Origin: Dehalococcoidia bacterium | GTDB taxonomy: Bacteria > Chloroflexota > Dehalococcoidia > SZUA-161 > SpSt-899 | DNA: 64,000 nt | Assembly (NCBI GenBank): GCA_041300025.1 | Contig: JBGLNL010000001.1 | Coordinates: 683,888 to 747,887 of the forward strand | Direction: 5' to 3' | Part shown: one piece after another, positions 43,876 through 52,868 of the stretch | Layout: the number at the start of each line of letters is the position of its first letter | Position numbering within the stretch: the first letter of the stretch is position 1 | Position numbers and translations under genes: made by a program | Notes under the pieces: generated by a model | The model's database searches: none | The model's input: the letters and a program-made list of their open reading frames with translations, nothing else | What the model was told of the DNA's origin: nothing

Positions 43876-44532
43876 GGCCTAAACCATTTTACATTCCGCA
43901 TATTAAACATACCGAAGGCAAAATCCAAAGAACTGATTCCAAATATCCGTCGGGCCGCTCAAGGCGAAATGCCTCTCCCGTTGGAAGAACTGTACCTCAC
44001 ATGGCAACCTTTGGGGATTAAGGGGAACAGGCAGGATGTCTTTGTGGTGGGCATTCCCAAAGAGCCCATCGACCTTCTCATTGCAGCTTTAGAGAAAGCC
44101 AGAATCAAGCCATATATTCTGGATCTTAAAGCGCTGGCATTGGCCAGGGCAATTAATTGTCGCAATGGCTTGATACTGGATCTCGAACCTGATAATTTTG
44201 GGATTACTGTCGTGGCCGAGGGCCTTCCTTCCATTATGCGAACCTTCATCCCTAAGAAGGGCGAGATGATTCTGGAAGATAATGTGCGACGCTTGGGTGG
44301 AGAGATCGTCCGAACTATGGAATTCTACAACCGCGAGCATGCCGAGAATCCAATAAGCGCGGATACGCCAATCTATCTGACCGGGGAAACAGCTGAGTTA
44401 CCTGATGCAACGGTGATCATCCAGGAGGAAATTGAATATCCCCTCAAAAAACTGGTATTCCCATTTGCACACGATCCGGCTTTCCCGATCGCTTCGTATG
44501 CAGTTAATTTAGGGCTTTCCCTGCGCGGTTAA
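43876..44532 (+). pseudogene. pilM: Type IV pilus assembly ATPase-like protein PilM, missing its N-terminal ~90-130 aa
   Basis: The frame opens 5 nt after the tRNA-Leu 5' end. ..FRILNIPKAKSKELIPNIRRAAQGEMPLPLEELYLTW... is the middle of PilM. No start codon or RBS precedes the conserved sequence. The track ORF starts at an internal ATG (43969). Confidence 0.65.
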
Positions 44533-44571
44533 CATGGAAGTTGTCATATCTTTGAATAGGAGAGCAGAATT

Positions 44572-46518
44572 ATGAAACTTCGAGGTGGCGACAAACCGAT
44601 AGTTACTTCTACCGGATTTCGGGACATCCGAATCAATCTATGGGGAGAAAAATATGGCCCTAATCCCAAGCCAGTGGGACTGGTATTGCTAATAATTATA
44701 GCGATAATAGCCGTAGGTGGTTTATACCCAGCATATCTATGGGAAACCGATGTCGCTGATAAAACCTCCAGTATGCAAAATGATCTGGACGAACTTGAGA
44801 AAAATATTGAGAGATTAATGCGACCTCCTGAGGAAGAAAGTGAGTTAGCAAAGCTCGAAGCCGAGATTGATGTTCTGCGATCTGCTCGTGAAGCTATAGA
44901 AGGTGACTATGGGCATTTCGTGGGGACGATAAAGGCGGTAAACGATACGATGCCCCCGACAGCTTGCTGGACGTCTATCACATTGGACTCTGACACTATT
45001 AGTTTGAAGGGCGATGCCGATACTCCCTCAGGATTGTTTGCCATTGCCAGGGCTTTTGAAGAACGCAGTGAATTTGAGGCAGCTAATATCAGAAATATAG
45101 GGACAACTGAGCAAACAGGGAGAGCAATGAGCGTTGAGGTAAAAGACGCCGGGAGCGTGGAGGTTACTCAAATGCTGCTGGCGACTGGAGAAAATATACT
45201 CTCCCCAGTGGGGCCGGGATCATTTTCATCCGAACTCATTAGCGATCCAATCGAAAGTGAGAGCGGTCATGAAGCTTCCACAAGTGGAGGGGCAACAATT
45301 GAACCCTATCATCAAATATCTACCATAAGTGCTCAAATAGTCAGCGGGAACCTCTGGGAACCGCCGGTTACTATTAAATTCAGCGGGACGGCCAGCTTTT
45401 ATTATCCTATAGACAAATACAAATGGGAATTCTCGGATGGGGCAGTAAAAGAGGTGGATTTGGGGGACCCGGGCCCCAAACAATTACCCATTTCAACAAT
45501 GCATACCTTTACTGCGGAAGGTGATGCTTCAGCGAATCTAACGGTAATCGATGATCATGGATGGAAGGTATCAGCTACCAAAGGAGGAATATTTGCCACA
45601 GCCGATACCGATTTCATCGCCGAACTGGTCTCCTGCGATAATCCGCTGAAGTTAAGATTCAAACCACAAATCATTTCGGCAGAGAAAATTACTTCCTATA
45701 AGTGGTACTTTGGAGAAGATGAGGAGGAGGAGGAGGAGGAAGGGGAAGCAGTTAGTAATGAACCGGATAGCACCGATATGATGCCAATTCATACTTTCGA
45801 TAAGGTGGGTGAATATACTGTGACTCTGACTGTATCAGGCCAACTGGATAAGCCCATATCCATAAGCCATATCGTGACAGCCAGCGGGACACCAACAGCC
45901 GATTTTTACCCCGAACGGTTAACGGGGGAAGAAAAGTTTACGGTCCGTTTCGCAGATGCCTCTGTTCCCGATGGAGATACGGATTCTAAAGGGAACGCAC
46001 ATCAAATAGTTCAGTGGGAATGGGATTTTGGGGATGGAACTACACTTAGCGGGTCACCAAATCCTGTTCATGCCTATGTTGATAATGGGCCTTATGCCGT
46101 GACACTCAAAGTCTGGGAATCGGATGCTAACTGTGCCCTTATTACTAAAACCATTCAGGCATGCGATTCGAAATATAGCCAGTTCTTTGTTGAACCCGGA
46201 AACGGTGAGATGAAAATTGATTTCTCGGCCCCTCTGTCGCAATCAACAGGTATAGATTTCCTCTGGGATTTTGGAGTGATTGATAAAGATGGCAATCCTG
46301 TCACTTCCACACAAGCCAATCCTTCATATAAATACGATTACAGCGGAACCTATCATGTAAGCTTAAGAATCACCGAAGAAAAGAAATCTACCGATCTAGA
46401 GGTGAAGAGGCTGGTAAGCTTTATAAGTGCGGATATTAATATTATAAGTTCAACTTCAACATCTTTCAGCTTAGATGTAATACCCGCAGTCCCCGCAGAA
46501 GAAAACGGGAAAAGCTGA
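44572..46518 (+). CDS. PilN/PilO-like membrane protein fused to several PKD-like domains
   Basis: N-terminal single TM plus coiled coil (as in PilN). At least 3 PKD-like modules (e.g. WEWDFGDGTTLSGSPNPVHAYVDNGPYAVTLKV). Poly-Glu tract from (GAG)6 at 45721-45738. Confidence 0.6.
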   Translation: MKLRGGDKPIVTSTGFRDIRINLWGEKYGPNPKPVGLVLLIIIAIIAVGGLYPAYLWETDVADKTSSMQNDLDELEKNIERLMRPPEEESELAKLEAEIDVLRSAREAIEGDYGHFVGTIKAVNDTMPPTACWTSITLDSDTISLKGDADTPSGLFAIARAFEERSEFEAANIRNIGTTEQTGRAMSVEVKDAGSVEVTQMLLATGENILSPVGPGSFSSELISDPIESESGHEASTSGGATIEPYHQISTISAQIVSGNLWEPPVTIKFSGTASFYYPIDKYKWEFSDGAVKEVDLGDPGPKQLPISTMHTFTAEGDASANLTVIDDHGWKVSATKGGIFATADTDFIAELVSCDNPLKLRFKPQIISAEKITSYKWYFGEDEEEEEEEGEAVSNEPDSTDMMPIHTFDKVGEYTVTLTVSGQLDKPISISHIVTASGTPTADFYPERLTGEEKFTVRFADASVPDGDTDSKGNAHQIVQWEWDFGDGTTLSGSPNPVHAYVDNGPYAVTLKVWESDANCALITKTIQACDSKYSQFFVEPGNGEMKIDFSAPLSQSTGIDFLWDFGVIDKDGNPVTSTQANPSYKYDYSGTYHVSLRITEEKKSTDLEVKRLVSFISADINIISSTSTSFSLDVIPAVPAEENGKS

Positions 46519-46528
46519 GGGATCTTTA

Positions 46529-46652
46529 AAAAATAAGTGGTGACTTCAAGAGGCTGGGGGAGTCGTTCCTCCAGCCTCAAAAAAACCCAGGATAGAATAT
46601 CCGCCTTTGGGAGGATTGGGGGGTATAAAGGAATTAATAAGAGGTTCCCTGA
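46529..46652. repeat. Degenerate MITE-family copy
   Basis: aataagtggtgacttc..ctggggg..tccagcctc....attggggggtata...aagaggttccctga is colinear with the 51468-51575 copy. It ends 3 nt before the pilT ATG. Confidence 0.55.
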
Positions 46653-46655
46653 ATA

Positions 46656-47732
46656 ATGAGAATAGATGATATGCTGCGCCTGACGGTGGAGAGTAATGCT
46701 TCTGACCTCCATCTGAGAGTAGGAATACCGCCGGTTTTGCGTATCGACGGCAAGCTTGTTTCCCAATATCAGATACCGGAGATGACGCCGGAGGGAATGA
46801 AGGAAATACTGGAGAGCATAACCAGCAAGGAGGAAGCAGCAAATTTTTACCGGGATTGGGAACTGGACTTTGCTTATGCCCTTGAAGGCGTCAGCCGGTT
46901 CCGGGTAAATGCACATTACCAGATGGGAACAATTGCCATGGTGTTCCGCACAATCCGAAACGAAGTACCTTCCATAGAGGATTTGGACCTGCCTGAAATT
47001 TGCAAGGACATGGTTCTCGAGAGCAACGGAATGGTTATCGTGACCGGGCCTACCGGTTCCGGTAAATCTACTACCCTTGCTGCTATGCTGAGATATCTGA
47101 ACGAAAGAGTGAGTGCTAAGGTAGTTACCATTGAAGACCCCATAGAGTATGTTCATACAGATAATCAATGTCTTTTCATCCAGCGAGAGGTTGGAAACGA
47201 TACGCATGACTTCGCGGCTGCCCTCAAGCACTCGCTGCGCCAGGACCCTGACGTTATCATGGTCGGAGAGATGCGTGATCTGGAAACAATTTCTACAGCG
47301 CTAACTGCGGCGGAAACAGGACATCTGGTCCTGACTACGTTGCATACCCCCGGTGTGGCTCAAGCGATGGATCGAATGATCGATGTCTTTCCGCCACACC
47401 AACAGCAACAAATTAGACTCCAAATTGCTCAGACAATTAAAGGAGCCCTTTATCAGTGTCTGGTACCATCTATTCAGGGGGAGGGCCGCGTAGCTGCCGT
47501 AGAAGTGTTAATAGCCAACACCGCCGTTAGAAGCATTATCCGGGAAGGAAAAACCCACCAGTTACTAAATTGTATTGAGACGGGAATGGAATATGGCATG
47601 CAGACAATCGACCAGGCCCTTGTAGACCGCTACAAAAGAGGGAAAATCAGCAGAGATATGGTACTAGAATGGTGTAGAGACCCAATGGAAACCAAGCGAT
47701 CACTCGATGCCATTTTGTTAAAACAGAAATAG
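46656..47732 (+). CDS. pilT: Twitching-motility ATPase PilT
   Basis: ASDLHLRVGIPPVLRIDG and Walker A GPTGSGKSTT. 358 aa. Confidence 0.9.
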   Translation: MRIDDMLRLTVESNASDLHLRVGIPPVLRIDGKLVSQYQIPEMTPEGMKEILESITSKEEAANFYRDWELDFAYALEGVSRFRVNAHYQMGTIAMVFRTIRNEVPSIEDLDLPEICKDMVLESNGMVIVTGPTGSGKSTTLAAMLRYLNERVSAKVVTIEDPIEYVHTDNQCLFIQREVGNDTHDFAAALKHSLRQDPDVIMVGEMRDLETISTALTAAETGHLVLTTLHTPGVAQAMDRMIDVFPPHQQQQIRLQIAQTIKGALYQCLVPSIQGEGRVAAVEVLIANTAVRSIIREGKTHQLLNCIETGMEYGMQTIDQALVDRYKRGKISRDMVLEWCRDPMETKRSLDAILLKQK

Positions 47733-47765
47733 CAAATTTATCCCAGCTTGACTCAAGGAATATTC

Positions 47766-47805
47766 AACTTGCCATGTGGAAAAATCTGCATGGCAAGTTT
47801 CTTTA
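47766..47805 (+). terminator. Intrinsic terminator after pilT
   Basis: aacttgccatg-12nt-catggcaagtt followed by tcttt. Confidence 0.65.
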
Positions 47806-47942
47806 AGTCCCCTCTTTGTATTAACAAAGTTAACTTCTTTGCTTTGCATGTACAGGGCTTGCCAAAGACTTGCCGTTTCATGGATAATCTGGAAGGATAG
47901 CAAAGCGAATGAACCGAATAACGGATTCAAGGATAACTGAGC

Positions 47943-49013
47943 TTGACAGATTTATCAATAATTATTCCTACATACAACGAAGTTGAGAGTTTGCCTTTCC
48001 TTGTCGACCGGATACATAACTGTCTGGCTGGTTTCGATTACGAACTGGTAGTGGTTGATGATAACAGCCCTGATGGCACCGGTGCTCTGGCAGAAGAACT
48101 CGCCCGGCAGAAACCGATAAAGGTAATTCATCGCAAGGGGAAACTGGGGCTTGCCTCCGCGGTTATTGAAGGTTTTCAGCAGGCTTCAGGCGATATCATT
48201 GGCGTAATAGATGCAGACCTTCAGCATCCCCCTGAACATATCCCGGAAATGTTCAAGGCAATGGGAAAAGCTGATATCGTTATCGCCAGCAGATACGTGA
48301 AAGGGGGCGGCACCGAAGGATGGACCTTTATGCGGGAATTCATCTCCCGGGGCGCCAGGCTTATCCCGCATTTCCTTTTTGCCAAGATCAGATATATCAA
48401 AGACCCTCTTTCCGGTTTTTTCCTCTTCCGTAAAAAAGTGATCGCAGGCGCTACTCTGAATCCGGTTGGATACAAAATCCTGCTGGAAATCCTGATCAAA
48501 GGCAACCATGCCGACGTAGTCGAGGTGCCTTATGTCTTTAAGGGCAGGGAGATGGGAGTAAGCAACTTCAACACCACTGAACAGATCAATTATCTCAAGC
48601 ATATTTATCGCCTGATACGAAGTGAAAGAGAGACCGAGAGGTTCATCAAGTTCTGCATGGTAGGCCTTAGCGGTGTCGTGGTCAATTTAGGAATTCTGGC
48701 ACTTCTGACAGAGGTGGCCGGGTTGTTCTATGCCTTCTCGAACGCTATTGCTGTTGAATTGTCCATCATCAATAATTTCGCGTGGAACGAGGTGTGGACA
48801 TTCCGTGACAGGCGAACTTCAGCGCATCGATCAGTTGCAGGCCGCATGATGAAGTTCAACCTGGTATGCCTGATGGGGTTTGGCATAAATGAAGGCATCC
48901 TGATTCTCTTCACTGAGATCGCTGGTTTGTACTATATATTGTCTGCAATACTGGGCATAATTGCAGCTACACTTTTCAACTTCATATTGAACAAGTGGTG
49001 GACGTGGAAATAG
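47943..49013 (+). CDS. GT2 polyprenol-phosphate mannosyltransferase-like enzyme fused to a GtrA-like membrane domain
   Basis: IIIPTYNEVESL, VDDNSPDGT and DADLQHPPE. C-terminal 4-TM GtrA-like RFIKFCMVGLSGVVVN. TTG start. Confidence 0.85.
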   Translation: MTDLSIIIPTYNEVESLPFLVDRIHNCLAGFDYELVVVDDNSPDGTGALAEELARQKPIKVIHRKGKLGLASAVIEGFQQASGDIIGVIDADLQHPPEHIPEMFKAMGKADIVIASRYVKGGGTEGWTFMREFISRGARLIPHFLFAKIRYIKDPLSGFFLFRKKVIAGATLNPVGYKILLEILIKGNHADVVEVPYVFKGREMGVSNFNTTEQINYLKHIYRLIRSERETERFIKFCMVGLSGVVVNLGILALLTEVAGLFYAFSNAIAVELSIINNFAWNEVWTFRDRRTSAHRSVAGRMMKFNLVCLMGFGINEGILILFTEIAGLYYILSAILGIIAATLFNFILNKWWTWK

Positions 49014-49023
49014 GAGACATAAC

Positions 49024-49608
49024 ATGAGCGATGATTTCATGAAAAGTGCACTTGACAGAGCCATGGAGCGGGCTGACCGGATACAGGTGCCGGAAGAAAA
49101 GCTCCGGTTAATGGAATCCCGTTCAGAGGGGGAGCGGCTGGCAGCCAGTTTTCTCAGGAATCCGGAGTATGATCTTGGTGCTGCGTTAAATAGCTGCGAT
49201 CCCGGAACAAAACAATATATATCAAAGGCACTGGAATCCGTTCTATTACAGAACCTGGTACTTCCGAAAAGGGAATCGGATATAGCCGGTAATGCAAAAG
49301 CATTCGAAGGACTCTCCGCTATCAAAAAAAATAAAAATGCAATTCAGCAAGCCGTGGAACAACTGGAAAACCTTTCGAACTATTATTCTCAGGCAAGGAA
49401 GCAGCACTATGAGCAGTTAAAAGCTCATTTAGAGCGGGCGCTGGCCCAGCAAATACGGCAACAAACGGGGTTGGCTTCCACCGGCAATATTAACGTGGAG
49501 CAACGCCCCGAGTTCCAGGAAAACTGGCGAAAGATTTCAGCGCAACTTGATGGGGAATATGATAAAGCGCTCGCTCAATTGAAGGAACAAATAGCTTCAG
49601 TGGATTGA
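49024..49608 (+). CDS. Hypothetical coiled-coil protein
   Basis: 194 aa, helical, with no motif recognised. Confidence 0.4.
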   Translation: MSDDFMKSALDRAMERADRIQVPEEKLRLMESRSEGERLAASFLRNPEYDLGAALNSCDPGTKQYISKALESVLLQNLVLPKRESDIAGNAKAFEGLSAIKKNKNAIQQAVEQLENLSNYYSQARKQHYEQLKAHLERALAQQIRQQTGLASTGNINVEQRPEFQENWRKISAQLDGEYDKALAQLKEQIASVD

Positions 49609-49639
49609 GAGGAAAGCGGTAAGCCGGTATCGCTTACTG

Positions 49640-51142
49640 CTATTTATGAAAGCGAACCTTGGCAGCAGCTTCCGTCACTTTCCGGAAATGAAGCCCATAG
49701 ATGGCCAGAGTCACAGCTTCGGGGAATGCCTTGCGGTGCTTAAAGAAGGCTTTGCTCATGAGTTTCCAGTAATATCGTTTGGAATTCGATTTGCCCACTA
49801 TCCCAAGGTGCCATATTGACCTCAGAAAACTCATTAATTCCCAGAATCCAACCCGCTGCCTTCTTGTCCGGATAGGCTTGTACTCATCCAGAAATGTCCC
49901 TATCCTCTCGTAATATTTCTTTGGTGAATAAATCGTCTGAATTATCCGCTGATATCCGTTGATAACCTTCTCAGGGTCCATTTTAGGGATAAAATTAAGC
50001 GTGCCATCGGTATTGTTGCCGGAACTGCTTTGCAATAGCCGGTTTTCCGACTTAAGACGATTGTAGAGTCTGGTCTTGGGGAGGGCGGTAAGAATGCCCA
50101 CCATGGCGGTGACTACACCGATTTTCTGGATGAAATTGATCTGGGCATCGAATATCGATTCCGGGTCACTATCGAATCCTACAATGAAACCACCGAGAAC
50201 CTGCATCCCGTGGTTCTGGATGTTCTTTACCGATGCAGACATATCGCGATTCTCATTCTGGAACTTGTTGCATTCGGCAAGGCTGCCTTCGTCCGGTGTT
50301 TCCAGCCCTATAAAGACCTTATCAAACCCGGCTTCGACCATCATTTCCATCAGTTTGTCATCATCGGCAAGGTTAAGGGAGGCTTCCGTAAACAGAAGGA
50401 AGGGATGTTTCCTTTTTTTCTGCCATTTGATTACCTCCGGGAGCATTTCCCTTACTTTGACCTTGTTGCCAATGAAATTATCGTCAACGATGAAGGTGGA
50501 ACCGCGCCAGCCGCGCTCGTAAAGGGCATCGAATTCCCGCAGGAGCTGATCAGGGGTTTTGGTCCTTGGGACATGACCATACATTATGATGATATCGCAG
50601 AATTCACAGTCATAGGGACAGCCGCGCGAGTACTGGACAGGCATGGAAAAGTAATGCTTGGAATTTATAAGGTTCCAGTCTGGAACTGGCGTTTGGGAAA
50701 TATCGGGGTGTTCTTCTGATGAGTATAATGGCTTAGCACAACCGTCCTGCAAATCCTGAAGGAATTGAGGGAAGGTGGCCTCAGCTTCACCCAGCACGAA
50801 ATGATCCACTCCTTTGAACTCATCGTATCCGGTGGTGAAAACCGGCCCTCCGGCAACCACTTTGGTGCCAAGCCGGTTGCATCGCTCGATAACCTCAATG
50901 GCCGATTCTTTCTGCGTTATCATGGAACTGATGAATGCGTAATCGGCCCACTCGATATCCTTATCCTTCAGGGTGGAAACGTTCATATCCACCAGTTTTT
51001 TTTCCCACTCACGGGGCAGCATGGCGGCGACCGTTAACAATCCAAGGGGCGGAAAGGCAGCCTTCTTAGAGGCGAACTTCAAAATATGTTTGAAGCTCCA
51101 AAAAGTATCCGGGTATTGCGGATATATTAGCAGTATATTAAT
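49640..51142 (-). CDS. B12-binding-domain radical SAM protein (DUF4070 C-terminus), start extended to ATT
   Basis: YSRGCPYDCEFCDI radical SAM motif. The conserved N-terminus (I)NILLIYPQYPDTFWSFKHIL lies in frame upstream of the track's TTG start. ATT at 51142-51140 sits 8 nt after AGAGAGG. Confidence 0.8.
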   Translation of the reverse strand: MNILLIYPQYPDTFWSFKHILKFASKKAAFPPLGLLTVAAMLPREWEKKLVDMNVSTLKDKDIEWADYAFISSMITQKESAIEVIERCNRLGTKVVAGGPVFTTGYDEFKGVDHFVLGEAEATFPQFLQDLQDGCAKPLYSSEEHPDISQTPVPDWNLINSKHYFSMPVQYSRGCPYDCEFCDIIIMYGHVPRTKTPDQLLREFDALYERGWRGSTFIVDDNFIGNKVKVREMLPEVIKWQKKRKHPFLLFTEASLNLADDDKLMEMMVEAGFDKVFIGLETPDEGSLAECNKFQNENRDMSASVKNIQNHGMQVLGGFIVGFDSDPESIFDAQINFIQKIGVVTAMVGILTALPKTRLYNRLKSENRLLQSSSGNNTDGTLNFIPKMDPEKVINGYQRIIQTIYSPKKYYERIGTFLDEYKPIRTRRQRVGFWELMSFLRSIWHLGIVGKSNSKRYYWKLMSKAFFKHRKAFPEAVTLAIYGLHFRKVTEAAAKVRFHK

Positions 51143-51209
51143 TTTATATGCCTCTCTGCTGGAACTGATAACGCCCCAGTTTGCTTCTTATTGTAACGGC
51201 ATTGGGCCT

Positions 51210-51467
<258 letters not shown>

Positions 51468-51575
51468 TTAAGGAACCTCTGAATAAGTGGTGACTTCGGG
51501 GGTCTGGGGGTGTCCCCCCAGCTTCGATCTTCCCCCAAGATTGGGGGATAGAGGGGGTTGATCAGAGGTTCTTAA
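51468..51575. mobile_element. MITE-like element, best-preserved copy (108 bp)
   Basis: Terminal inverted repeats TTAAGGAACCTCTGA / TCAGAGGTTCTTAA. Internal G/C hairpins (ctgggggtgtccccccag; tcccccaagattggggga). TA dinucleotides at both tips. Confidence 0.7.
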
Positions 51576-51599
51576 CAAAGTACGGACTTACATACTCAA

Positions 51600-52499
51600 T
51601 CATCCGAACACCCTTTTCGGATGCCAGAGGCCGCTTTCCCGTTTGAAGCAAACCAGTGCCAGAAACCTCCCATCAACGGAATAGGCTCGCCGCAGTTCGC
51701 CGTCATTTGCCTCCAACCCCTCCCGTAAAGCCACGGGCCTGCCATGCACTATGTTCTCTTCCTCCGAACTGTCAACCATGATGGCAATGAGGTTTGATAG
51801 CGCCACATCCGGGGAATGAACGAGGTTTCGCCAGGAACCATCATCAAAGGCATTTGCCAGTTCGTCAGGTGTGGTCGACTGATCTATGTTAAATGGCCCG
51901 GCCTGAACTCTGATCAACCCATGCAGGTGAGCGCCGCAGCCAAGCACCTGTCCGAGGTCGTGAGCTAATGAGCGAATATAGGTTCCTTTACTGCATTCCA
52001 CTTCCACACTTAAAATCGGGTTCTGCCAATCCTGTATTTCAAATCGGAATATGTGAACTTTCCGAGGTTTGCGCGCAACTTCCAATCCGGCGCGGGCCAG
52101 TTTGTAAAGGGGTTTCCCCTGATGCTTGATGGCGCTATACATCGGAGGCACCTGCTCGATAGCGCCGCGAAACCGGTCCAGAGACGCTTCGATTATGTCA
52201 AGTGTCAGTGAAGAAACGTCCCCTTCAGCAATGGTATCACCGCTCGAATCGTAAGTGGTGGTGGAGCGTCCGAATTCAATCTTGGCCCGGTACACTTTTG
52301 GGGAATCGGTCAGAAATGAAGCCAGCCTTGTAGCTCGACCGATAAGAATTGGCAAGACCCCGGTAGCATCGGGGTCAAGCGTGCCGGAGTGACCAACTTT
52401 ACGTACCCCGGTCAATTTTCTCACCAGAGCCACCATTTGAAAGGAGGTTTTATTCCGGGGCTTGTTGAGGTTTACGATACCGTCAATCGAATGTTCCAC
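51600..52499 (-). CDS. truB: tRNA pseudouridine(55) synthase
   Basis: GIVNLNKPRNKTSFQMV..KVGHSGTLDPDATGVLPI TruB motif. Confidence 0.9.
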   Translation of the reverse strand: MEHSIDGIVNLNKPRNKTSFQMVALVRKLTGVRKVGHSGTLDPDATGVLPILIGRATRLASFLTDSPKVYRAKIEFGRSTTTYDSSGDTIAEGDVSSLTLDIIEASLDRFRGAIEQVPPMYSAIKHQGKPLYKLARAGLEVARKPRKVHIFRFEIQDWQNPILSVEVECSKGTYIRSLAHDLGQVLGCGAHLHGLIRVQAGPFNIDQSTTPDELANAFDDGSWRNLVHSPDVALSNLIAIMVDSSEEENIVHGRPVALREGLEANDGELRRAYSVDGRFLALVCFKRESGLWHPKRVFG

Positions 52500-52508
52500 T
52501 TGAATCCC

Positions 52509-52868
52509 CTAATTATCAGGGGTATCCGAGGCAGCCTGATCTATCAAATGGAGTATATGCTCGGCTTTTTCAAGGGAATCATCTTTTTTGAATATAAGAG
52601 CGGGGACATAGCGCATCCTGATACGATGTCCCAATTCACGGCGGAGATAATCGGAAGCTGAGGCAATCCCATCAAAGACACCTTCCTTTTCATCCTCACT
52701 GCCCATAACGCTGATATAAACTTTGGCTTGTTTCAGGTCTGGTGAGATATCAACTTCTGTAATGGAAATGATTCCACTAATACGGGGATCACTCACCTGC
52801 CGAGCCAGCAAATCGCTGAGTTCACGGCGAATTGCCTGATTGATCTGTTTCTGCCGCCTGCTGCTCAT
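52509..52868 (-). CDS. rbfA: Ribosome-binding factor A
   Basis: RQKQINQAIRRELSDLL...DPRI..ISITEVDISPDLKQAKVYIS. Confidence 0.9.
   Translation of the reverse strand: MSSRRQKQINQAIRRELSDLLARQVSDPRISGIISITEVDISPDLKQAKVYISVMGSEDEKEGVFDGIASASDYLRRELGHRIRMRYVPALIFKKDDSLEKAEHILHLIDQAASDTPDN

Noticed and set aside
46353-47231. 292-aa minus-strand ORF
   Set aside because: It is antisense to pilT and to a MITE copy. It has no motifs and low-complexity composition. PilT on the plus strand is unambiguous.
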